A stretch of DNA of 64,000 bases from a virus (taxonomy: Duplodnaviria > Caudoviricetes): positions 3,965-67,964 of the IMG/VR virus record IMGVR_UViG_3300032004_000003; one strand, written 5' to 3'. The translations under genes and the position numbers were made by a program. The notes below the pieces were generated by a model. That model did not search any database. It saw only the letters and a program-made list of their open reading frames with translations, and had not been told where the DNA came from. Of the stretch, positions 17,143 through 24,748 are shown in pieces. Each line of letters begins with the position of its first letter. The stretch's first letter is position 1.

Positions 17143-18639
17143 TCAGGCGGCTTTGACGGCGACGGGCTTGGTGCCGGCCGGGACCGCCACCGGCGGCACC
17201 GCTGCCTGCCCCGGCCGCTGCCCAGGCACCGCCGCCGCCAGCATCGGCGGCATGGCCTTGGCGGTCTCGCTGTCGAGCTGGTCGCGCACGTCCTCGTCGC
17301 TCAGGTGGTCGGGGATCAGCTCGCCGCGCCGCAGGTTGTGCATCAGCACCTCCCACGAGAAGGCGCCGGCGTTCCAGGCGGCGACCATCTGCGCCAGATC
17401 CTGGCCGGTGAGGCCGGCATCGAAGAAGTCGGTGTTGAGCTGGACGTCGGCGTCGAGCGCGGCGGCGTCCTCGCCGGCCCCGGCCCACCACAAGGCGGTG
17501 CGCAGCGCCTTGGTCAGGGCAAAGCTGGAGGTGTTGGCGATGGCCGCCAGGATCGAGGTCTCGCCGGTCTGCCGCAGGCGCACGGTCTCGGCGGCCTCGG
17601 CATCCTTCTTCTGGCTTTCCAGGATCCTGCCGCCGGCGGCGGCCATGCGGCTTTCCAGGTGCTCGACCTGGGTCGAGAGCGAGCCGATGCCGGCGCCGCT
17701 GACCTCGAGCATCCCGGCCTTGCCCTGGCTGGTCAGCAGCCACGCCGTGCCTGAGCCGATGCGCCACTCGCGCGGCGCCGGGTCGGCGGCGCTGTGATCG
17801 TCGGCAACCCAGGGGGTTGGCAGGGCGACCATGTGCAAGGCGTGAGCCAGATCCGCCGAGCAGCGATAATGGGCGAGGTTAAGGTTGCAGACGTCGAGCA
17901 GCGGCGGCTTCTGCGGCTGCGGATCAAGGGAGAACGGGCCGCAGGTGACGAACGGGATGAAGTCGAGCGCGCGGCCGCGCCGTGCCGGCACGTAAGCGTC
18001 GACCCGGTTCCATTCGTCGCCGTCGCCTTGCTGCTTGTGGTCGCTCGGCTGCCACAGCTCGACGCCGTAGACGCCGTCCTTCAGCTGCAGGACCCGGAGC
18101 TGCCGCAGGGCGTGATCGCCGTAGCCGTCCTCTTCCGGGACGGTGACCTCGTCCTCAAGGATCAGCTGCTGCAGGAAGGGCAGGCCCGCGGCGTCGATGC
18201 CCACCGACCAGTTGCGGATGTGCTCGGCGGGGTACAAGCGAATGTACGGCCGGCCGTTCTCGCCCTGGGCCAGGTCGGTGATGATCCCGGCGCGGCCGGT
18301 GGCCAGCACCTCCTGCACCAGGTCGCGCGCCACGACATCGGCCGGGGTGCCGTCGAGGGTCAGGTTGTCGGCCCAATCCTCGTAGGCTGCAGGCAGATTG
18401 ACCGTCGGCGGCTTGCGGAAGATCAGCCCGGTCAAGCCGGCGCGGGTGCGCGCGACCGCGGCCTCGAACGGGGCGCGGGCCAAGAAGCTGCGGAAGTCGC
18501 GCCAGTCCTGGCCGCTGGGGCGGGGAAGGTAGGTCTCGCCCTTGGCCTTGATCGCCTCCTCGCCCTCAAGGGCGTCGCGGATCTTGGCCCAGACCTCGGC
18601 GCGATCCGCGTAGCAGCGATGGGTGTTGGTCACGGGCAT
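17143..18639 (-). CDS. Portal protein (DUF4055 family)
   Basis: YLPRPSG...FLARAPF...IFRKPP; KPPLLDVCNLNLAHYRCSAD...ALPTPW; LNTDFFD. Confidence 0.9.
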   Translation of the reverse strand: MPVTNTHRCYADRAEVWAKIRDALEGEEAIKAKGETYLPRPSGQDWRDFRSFLARAPFEAAVARTRAGLTGLIFRKPPTVNLPAAYEDWADNLTLDGTPADVVARDLVQEVLATGRAGIITDLAQGENGRPYIRLYPAEHIRNWSVGIDAAGLPFLQQLILEDEVTVPEEDGYGDHALRQLRVLQLKDGVYGVELWQPSDHKQQGDGDEWNRVDAYVPARRGRALDFIPFVTCGPFSLDPQPQKPPLLDVCNLNLAHYRCSADLAHALHMVALPTPWVADDHSAADPAPREWRIGSGTAWLLTSQGKAGMLEVSGAGIGSLSTQVEHLESRMAAAGGRILESQKKDAEAAETVRLRQTGETSILAAIANTSSFALTKALRTALWWAGAGEDAAALDADVQLNTDFFDAGLTGQDLAQMVAAWNAGAFSWEVLMHNLRRGELIPDHLSDEDVRDQLDSETAKAMPPMLAAAVPGQRPGQAAVPPVAVPAGTKPVAVKAA

Positions 18640-18749
18640 GGGCGCGTCCAAGGCGAAAGGATCGCACCTGGATAGAGCCGGGACGCGATTCAATCAAGCC
18701 GGGGGTCCATCCACGCCGCGTGGGGGGGCCAAGTCGAGCGCGCGGCGGC

Positions 18750-19652
18750 GCCTTGCCTTGCCTCGCCGTGCCTCGCCGGCCATGCCACGCCTCGCCCGGC
18801 CACGCCTCGCCCGGCCACGCCGCGCCAAGCCCGGCCTTACCGCGCCTCGCCGGCCGCGCCGAGCCATGCCCCGCCTTGCCGTGCCGAGCCGCGCCCAGCC
18901 TTGCCGAGCCCTGCCGGCCGCGCCCAGCCCCGACCCGCCACACCTTGCCGCACCGCGCCTTGCCATGCCGGACGCACCCTGCCTTGCCAGAACCAACCTG
19001 GCCCTGCCTTGCCACGCCGGCCACGCCCCGCCGCACCTCGCCGTGCCGTGCCTCACCGTGCCCTGCCCCGCCGCGCCGTACCCTACCGGCCGCACCCCGC
19101 CGCGCCGCGCCAGACCCCGCCATGCCTTGCCGCGCCTCGCCAGCCCGGCCCCGCCTAGCCCTGCCGGGCCCGGCCTAGCCCAGCCCCGCCGTGCCAAGCC
19201 CCGCCGGCCCTGCCATGCCGAGCCTTGCCACGCCCCGCCTTGCCGGCCGCACCCTGCCGTGCCATGCCACACCGCGCCGCGCCTCGCCACGCCGTGCCGC
19301 GCCCCGCCCTGCCGGCCACGCCAGACCGCGCCTTGCCCAACCGGATCACGCCGAGCCACGCCTCGCCGGCCGCGCCACGCCACACCGCACCTCGCCGCAA
19401 CCAGCCAGGCCATGCCGGTCCAGCCACGCCTTGCCAGGCCTCACCGCGCCATGCCGTGCCCGACCTCACCCCGCCTCGCCGGCCATGCCGTGCCGCGCCA
19501 TGCCCGACCTCGCCACGCCCTGCCAGCCACGCCGCGCCTAGCCAAGCCTGGCCAAGCCACGCCACGCCACGCCACGCCGGCCCTGCCAAACCCGACCTGG
19601 ACACGCCTTGCCGCGCCTGGCCATGCCATACCCGCGCCAGCCACACCACGCC
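18750..19652 (-). ncRNA. GGY-NN pentamer array (903 bp); predicted guide-like non-coding RNA array of 16 units
   Basis: Hand parse: 184 triplets (177 GGC/GGT) separated by 166 variable dinucleotides, one trinucleotide and 16 single-base hinges; counts sum to exactly 903 bp; starts 7 nt after the stop of 19660..20202. Confidence 0.85.
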
Positions 19653-19659
19653 TGTAGGA

Positions 19660-20202
19660 TCAGGCCTCGACCAGCTCGGGCGCCGGCTCCTCGAGCAGCG
19701 CATCGATCGCCATCATCACCTCGCCCAGGCCAACCAGCACCCGGTACCGCGCCCGGAACAGCCGCAGCTCGCGCAGCGCCTCGCGCAGCAACGCCGACTG
19801 GTGGCTCGGCTCCTGCATCGCCACCAGCGTCTCGCGGTAGCCGCGCACCTCGTCCCGCGGCTTGAAGCTGGCGTACACCGCCACCGGCTCGGAGCGCTCC
19901 TCGCGCCCGTCCTCGTGCCGGCGGATCACCACCACCCGCACCCCGCGCTGCAGGGTCTCCGCCTGCACCTCGCGCCAGCGCTCGGCCGCCACCGCGTCCT
20001 GCCAGGTGAAGGCACCATGCAGCTTGGCCTCCTCAGGCCGCGCCGCGTTCACCACCGCCCGCGGATCGAGCACCGGCGCGTTGCCCTGGATGCGCCGCAG
20101 CTCGCCCGCCACCATGGCGGCGCTCTCCTTGGTCCGCGGGAATCCTTTCTCGAGGGCGTAGGTCGAGGACCACTCGTAGCCGAGGTGGACGTCACGCGGC
20201 AT
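19660..20202 (-). CDS. Conserved phage protein (180 aa) between the RAMP-like gene and the array
   Basis: LDPRAVVNAARPEEAKLHGAFTWQDAVAAERWREVQA; start overlaps the upstream stop. Confidence 0.8.
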   Translation of the reverse strand: MPRDVHLGYEWSSTYALEKGFPRTKESAAMVAGELRRIQGNAPVLDPRAVVNAARPEEAKLHGAFTWQDAVAAERWREVQAETLQRGVRVVVIRRHEDGREERSEPVAVYASFKPRDEVRGYRETLVAMQEPSHQSALLREALRELRLFRARYRVLVGLGEVMMAIDALLEEPAPELVEA

Positions 20203-20896
20203 CCGCAAGGCGGCTCTCCTGCTCGATGTCGGCAACGATGCTCATCTCGGCCGCGGAGGCAGCGTGAAACCGGCCGTAGGTGCCATCCCGCTCAGCACGC
20301 CACTCGCCGATGCCGACCCCGAACCCGGCCGTGTTGATCAGGTTCATGATCTGCCCTTCCGACAACACGCCCTCGTTGTAGCTAACGTTGAGCCGCGCCG
20401 CCCACGGCCAGAACTGGCCCCGGTAGCGGAGATCCGCGGTGCCCATGCCGACGCGCACCATGTCCTCGCGCATCTCCGGCTCGCCGGCGATGATCCGCAC
20501 CAAATCGTAGCGCGCCTCCATGCGCCGGCCGTTGTGCTCGTAGGCGGACGGGATGCTGATCTGCTCGCCGACGATATGGAACGCCTGGCGGGCGGCGATC
20601 TTGGTCATGTCGGCCACGGACGTGCAGGCGGTCACCGCCGCCGCCTTGAACGCGACGCTGGGGAAGCCGTAGCCGCCGCCCGGCAGGCGGTAGAGGCTGT
20701 CCTGGAAATCCTGCCAGGGGTCCTTGGCCTCCTTCGCGCCCTTGGCGACCTTCATTTGCTTGCCGAGCATCTCGAGCTTGGCCTTCTGCGACCAGGCGTG
20801 AACGATCAACGGGCTGGCGCCGAGGACGGCCACCTCCATGGTTCTGATGCGCAGTTCCGGAACGACAACGGACGTGGTAGCGGCTTTGACGGCCAT
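20192..20896 (-). CDS. RAMP/Cas7-like RRM-fold protein (234 aa), putative guide-RNA-binding effector
   Basis: AGGAG RBS; N-terminal VLGASPLIVH, central YGFPSVAFKAA and C-terminal Gly-rich loop GFGVGIGEWRAERDGTYGRF match the three RAMP (Csm3/Cmr/Cas7-group) motifs in order. Confidence 0.75.
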   Translation of the reverse strand: MAVKAATTSVVVPELRIRTMEVAVLGASPLIVHAWSQKAKLEMLGKQMKVAKGAKEAKDPWQDFQDSLYRLPGGGYGFPSVAFKAAAVTACTSVADMTKIAARQAFHIVGEQISIPSAYEHNGRRMEARYDLVRIIAGEPEMREDMVRVGMGTADLRYRGQFWPWAARLNVSYNEGVLSEGQIMNLINTAGFGVGIGEWRAERDGTYGRFHAASAAEMSIVADIEQESRLADAA

Positions 20897-20970
20897 GCGG
20901 CGAGGCTCCTTCTCGCTTAGCGTGGGGGCGGCGCGTGTGGTGCCAGCACGCGCGTCGCCCATCCATGATC

Positions 20971-21026
20971 TGGTCAGATTGTGGCTGACCAAGACTATCG
21001 CTTAGCAGCCCACCGGTTGGCGTCAA
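20971..21026 (-). promoter_or_regulatory. Sigma70-like promoter and palindromic operator candidate for the RAMP cassette
   Basis: Minus strand TTGACG (21026-21021) then GCTAAG/TAAGCG -10 region about 16 nt downstream; inverted repeat TGGTCAG-N7-CTGACCA at 20971-20991. Confidence 0.55.
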
Positions 21027-21082
21027 TAGCAGATGAGGACAGGCGGGTCCGAGCCGGGATCGGGCGCGTCGTCGCTCATGAC

Positions 21083-22010
21083 GCCGCGCCGCCTGCCGGC
21101 CCTCCAGGGCCGCTCACCGCGGCGGCTCCTCTTCCAGCCGCGGGTCCCACTTCTTTTTCTCGATCGCCTCGGCCAGGACCTCGGCCGGATCCCTGCCTTT
21201 GGTGACAACCTGCCAATGCAGCGAGGACACCGCCATCCCGACCCGTTTCGCCCAGGCGTTCATGCTCATGGTCTCGCCGCGGAAGGTGATCTTCGACCGC
21301 GTCAGCTCCCGAGCAGGCTCGGTCAGCGCCCGCTCCACGGGCCAGCCCAGCTTGTCGAGCCGGTGGAGAAGCAACGGCACCGAGATGCCGATACGTTCCG
21401 CCCAGTGGGTGAGAACCAGGGTCTGGCCACGGAAGGTGAGCAGCCGGTTGTTGCGCTTGTTGGTCGCCTGCTCGTGCATCGGGATCCAGACGCAGTTGCC
21501 GGGCTCGTAGTGGCCGTTCACGTCGAGCCGCTCGATGCTGTAACGACCCTTCTTCGGCCGCTCGCCCATGTCGGCGAGGAAGTTCGCGAAGCTCTTGCGC
21601 CACCGCTCGCAGACCTCGATCCCGCGACCGCCGTAATCGGCATAGTACTTGTTGTTGGGATTGGTGCAGCGGTCGATCATGCCCCGCAAGGTGAGGTATT
21701 CTGGCGTTGTCTCTCCTCGCTTGCTGGCCCCATGCTTGGTGTTTCGGGCCATTCGTTGATCCCGGTCCAGGCAACCACAGCTTTTCGTGTGGCCCGAGCG
21801 GAGCGCGCCGGCCCAGACGATCACCTCCTCGCCGCAGTCGCACCGGCAACTCCACGTGACCTTGGTCTCGCCCCCGGTTTGCGCGGTGCCGGCACGGTTG
21901 AGCACCGTGAGCCGACCGAACCGCTGGCCGGTGAGATCGATGAATGCGGGCATGGCGGCTCCTCATCGGTCACGGCCGCGCCGCCCCCTGCCGGCCCTCC
22001 AGCGTGCTCA
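21083..22010. repeat. Imperfect direct repeats (21083-21116 and 21975-22010) flanking the HNH gene
   Basis: Exact shared blocks gccgcgccgcc and cctgccggccctccag. Confidence 0.7.
21114..21953 (-). CDS. HNH homing endonuclease-like protein
   Basis: DLTGQRFGRLTV; WSCRCDCG; LRSGHTKSCGC; YGGRGIEVCERW; SIERLDVNGHYEPGNCVW. Confidence 0.9.
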   Translation of the reverse strand: MPAFIDLTGQRFGRLTVLNRAGTAQTGGETKVTWSCRCDCGEEVIVWAGALRSGHTKSCGCLDRDQRMARNTKHGASKRGETTPEYLTLRGMIDRCTNPNNKYYADYGGRGIEVCERWRKSFANFLADMGERPKKGRYSIERLDVNGHYEPGNCVWIPMHEQATNKRNNRLLTFRGQTLVLTHWAERIGISVPLLLHRLDKLGWPVERALTEPARELTRSKITFRGETMSMNAWAKRVGMAVSSLHWQVVTKGRDPAEVLAEAIEKKKWDPRLEEEPPR

Positions 22011-22269
22011 GCCGTTGCAGCGCCTCGTCCAGCTGCCCCTGCAGCCGGTCCCGCTCGGCCTGCTCCCGCGCCTGCTCCTGGCCGCGCTGCAGCAGCTTGA
22101 GATCCCCGCAGCTGTTCATCTGCACCAGGACCAGCACCCAGACCACGAAGGTCAGCAGGCCCGTCCAGCCGAAATGGTAGCGCTGGTTGTCCTTGAGCAG
22201 CTTGAGCCGGTGGTGGAGGTAGGACAGCTTGCCCTCGGGTCCGTAGCTGTCGAAGGGGTCGTCGCTCAC
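21970..22269 (-). CDS. Single-TM coiled-coil hypothetical protein
   Basis: FGWTGLLTFVVWVLVLVQM hydrophobic segment followed by a coiled coil. Confidence 0.65.
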   Translation of the reverse strand: MSDDPFDSYGPEGKLSYLHHRLKLLKDNQRYHFGWTGLLTFVVWVLVLVQMNSCGDLKLLQRGQEQAREQAERDRLQGQLDEALQRLSTLEGRQGAARP

Positions 22270-22838
22270 GGCGCGACCTCGCTGCCGGCGTAGATCTCGT
22301 CCAGCGGCACGAGCGCCTCCAGCGTCGGGCTGGCGAACGCGTCGCCGGCATGGTCGGTGCCGTGCCAGACGCCGGCGGCGTCGCGCCGCCAGACCTGCAC
22401 CCAGCGCTGCTTGGTCTCGACCAGCCAGATCTCGCCCACGCTCGGCAGCGCCTTGTATTCCGGCACCTTCTCCAGCAGATCCGTGTCGCGGTTGCCGGGC
22501 GACAGCACCTCGACCAGCAGCAGCGGGTCGGCGGTGGTCGGCCCCGGCGGCTGGCAGGTCACCGCGACGTCGGGCTCACGCCAGCGCCCGCTCGCCACCG
22601 TCACGCTGCCGGGCGCCTCGGGCCGGCACGGGCGCCGCCCCTGGGGCGGTCCCCCGCCCCGAGCCAGCGCGTTGCCGATCAGCCGCGCGGCGTTGGCCGC
22701 GATCGTGCGGTGCGGCCCGCCGGGCGGGTTCATCGCCACCGGCTGGCCGTCGACCAGCTCGTAGCGCGTGCCGGTGCGGTCGTCCCAGGCCAGGAACTCG
22801 TCCACCGTCATCCCGCGCGGCGCCGACCGGGCGCTCAC
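22266..22838 (-). CDS. Uma2 family (PD-(D/E)xK-like) endonuclease
   Basis: MTVDEFLAW; RYELVDG..VAMNPP; REPDVAV; LLVEVLSPG; EKVPEYKALPSV.EIWLV. Confidence 0.9.
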   Translation of the reverse strand: MSARSAPRGMTVDEFLAWDDRTGTRYELVDGQPVAMNPPGGPHRTIAANAARLIGNALARGGGPPQGRRPCRPEAPGSVTVASGRWREPDVAVTCQPPGPTTADPLLLVEVLSPGNRDTDLLEKVPEYKALPSVGEIWLVETKQRWVQVWRRDAAGVWHGTDHAGDAFASPTLEALVPLDEIYAGSEVAP

Positions 22839-23209
22839 GGCTCTTGCTCCCGCCGCCGCTCCATCTCGTCCAGCCGCTGCTCGACCTTGCGCAGGCGCTG
22901 CTCCAGCTCGCGCAGATGGCCGTCCAGCTGCAGCACCCGGGTGCCGCGCTCGATCTGGCCGATCTCCAGCCGCGTCAGATCGTTCTCCAGCCGGCCAAGC
23001 CGCCGCTCGATCCCGTGGAGCCGGTCCAGAAGCGGCGGGACCGTCAGCCCCGCCATCGGTCCTGCGAGCGCGGTCCCCAGCTCCGGCAGCGGCCTCTCGT
23101 TGATCGCCTGCAGCTCGGCCCGCATCTCGCGCAGCATCGCGAGGCACTCATCCTGGAGGGCATGGATCTGCGCGATCTGCTCCGCCGCCTTGTCCCAGTC
23201 CGCCGCCAT
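22835..23209 (-). CDS. Coiled-coil hypothetical protein
   Basis: Heptad Leu repeats; coupled overlap. Confidence 0.6.
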   Translation of the reverse strand: MAADWDKAAEQIAQIHALQDECLAMLREMRAELQAINERPLPELGTALAGPMAGLTVPPLLDRLHGIERRLGRLENDLTRLEIGQIERGTRVLQLDGHLRELEQRLRKVEQRLDEMERRREQEP

Positions 23210-23275
23210 GCCCTGCCCTCCCCTGGACACGGCATCGTAGCGCGGTGCGGGGGCCGGTGCGCGCAATCCGTGCGA

Positions 23276-23889
23276 GCGCGCACCATGGGGCGGCGGCGCG
23301 CCCCGCTAGCAGCTGGCGAGCAGGCAAGCGCTTCGGTAGAAATTGGCGCGCTACCTCTCACTGCGGAGATGAACATGACCGAGAAGAAATGGTCGCCCTG
23401 GCCGCTGATCAGCTTCGGGCTGCTCGCGCGGTCGCCGGTGATGTGTCGCAAGCTTCTGGCCACGGCGGCGCTCGCCTCGAGCCTGGGCGCGTGCGCCTCG
23501 GTGCCTAGCCCGCTCGCCCCGCTGGATCACGAGCTGGCCCGCATGACGCGGCAGCCCGACGATCCGGCCCGGGACACGTGGCAGACAGCGGGCCAGATGG
23601 CGTCGACCCGGGTCGGCGACTGCGAGGACTTCGCCGCCTACTCGTTCGCCTGGCTCCAGGCCCGTGGCTTCCATCCCACGCTCGCGATCGGCACCCGCAG
23701 CGGGGGTGGCCTGCACGCCTGGGTCGAGGTCGAGATCGACGGCCAGACCTGGTTCGCCGATCTCGACCGGGTGACCCAGCAGCGGCCGACATGGGACCCC
23801 TTGGGGCCGGTGGCGGTGGAGCTGGTGCGGCTGGCCAAGGGTGGCCCGGCGTGGCCGGAGGAACGCGCCGGCGCGCACCATGGGGCGGC
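23276..23889. repeat. Exact 19-bp direct repeat flanking the BTLCP gene
   Basis: GCGCGCACCATGGGGCGGC at 23276-23294 and 23871-23889. Confidence 0.8.
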
Positions 23890-23899
23890 CGGCGCCTAG
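23369..23899 (+). CDS. Transglutaminase-like cysteine peptidase (BTLCP) lipoprotein
   Basis: Lipobox SLGAC; WQTA...GDCEDFA catalytic Cys motif; HAWVEV; GGAG RBS. Confidence 0.8.
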   Translation: MNMTEKKWSPWPLISFGLLARSPVMCRKLLATAALASSLGACASVPSPLAPLDHELARMTRQPDDPARDTWQTAGQMASTRVGDCEDFAAYSFAWLQARGFHPTLAIGTRSGGGLHAWVEVEIDGQTWFADLDRVTQQRPTWDPLGPVAVELVRLAKGGPAWPEERAGAHHGAAGA

Positions 23900-24369
23900 C
23901 GCGGCCCAGGCGCGCCGACCCGGGCGCTGGTGCGGTCACCCGCACCTTGGTCACCCCCGACCCGCACCATCCCGTGCGGCAGCGCGACCCCCTGCTCGCC
24001 GTCGGCCAGCCGGCGCGCGGCGTGCAAGGCCAGGATGATGTCCTCCGGGTCGTAGGGCTTGGCCATGGCCAGGCCCGGCGCGGCGCTCGGGTCGTGGAGC
24101 ACGGTCGAGACCCACGCCGTGCAATAGACCACGGCGCAGTCCTGGGCGCCTAGCGCGCGCGCGACCACGCGGCCGTCGCCTGGCGCCAGCTTGACATCCA
24201 CCAGCGCGTGGGTCGGATGGGTGAGCGCGGCCAGGACCAAAGCGCCGTGCTCGCTGCCGGCGACGCCGACCACCTCCAGCCCGGCCTCCTCAAGAACCTG
24301 CTGCGCCAAGATCGCGATCACCACCTCGTCCTCGACCACGAGAACCCGAGCCGCCCTGGGGGCGGTCAC
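23896..24369 (-). CDS. Single-domain response regulator (CheY-like receiver)
   Basis: VLVVEDEVVIA; ALVDVKL (phospho-acceptor Asp); VVYCTA; AKPY. Confidence 0.85.
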   Translation of the reverse strand: MTAPRAARVLVVEDEVVIAILAQQVLEEAGLEVVGVAGSEHGALVLAALTHPTHALVDVKLAPGDGRVVARALGAQDCAVVYCTAWVSTVLHDPSAAPGLAMAKPYDPEDIILALHAARRLADGEQGVALPHGMVRVGGDQGAGDRTSARVGAPGPR

Positions 24370-24626
24370 GGGTCGAGGCGGCGCACCGCCTCCTCCAGAA
24401 GCTGGAGCTGGCGGTACCCCTGGGCGTTGCGCTCGTCAGACAGGGTCAGATTGCGGGTGCCCTGCACGTTGCGCTCCACCAGCTGCTCTTCCATCGCCCC
24501 CAGCCGCAGGTAGGTCTGCCGCAGCAGCACGCAGGCCGTCACCAGCGCGATCACCATCGCGATGCTCGCCGCGGCGTTCAACACCTCCAGCTTGGTCAAG
24601 GTCGCGATCAAGGTCCTTTCGGGCAT
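24366..24626 (-). CDS. Small membrane protein
   Basis: AASIAMVIALVTACVLL TM segment. Confidence 0.55.
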   Translation of the reverse strand: MPERTLIATLTKLEVLNAAASIAMVIALVTACVLLRQTYLRLGAMEEQLVERNVQGTRNLTLSDERNAQGYRQLQLLEEAVRRLDP

Positions 24627-24748
24627 CGCCCTTCCTCCTGGCGTGCCACTGGCGCCGCAGGAGCAAAAGCGCGCCTGAAACCCAGCACAACGCCGACAAC
24701 CAGCCGAAGGCCAACACCACCCAGAACAGCACGGGCGGCTCGGACAGC

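Noticed and set aside
18750-19652. Reading the array as a canonical CRISPR or as a simple microsatellite
   Set aside because: It has no 23-50 bp repeats with unique spacers and no cas1/cas2. It is not a simple satellite either, because the NN slots are diverse and the hinges recur regularly.
18566-19703. Many overlapping Arg/Gly/Ala/Pro-rich ORFs on both strands (for example 18694-19413, 18623-19657, 19155-19703)
   Set aside because: They are by-products of a stop-poor 5-nt periodic array. The period is not a multiple of 3, there is no RBS, and no coherent protein results.
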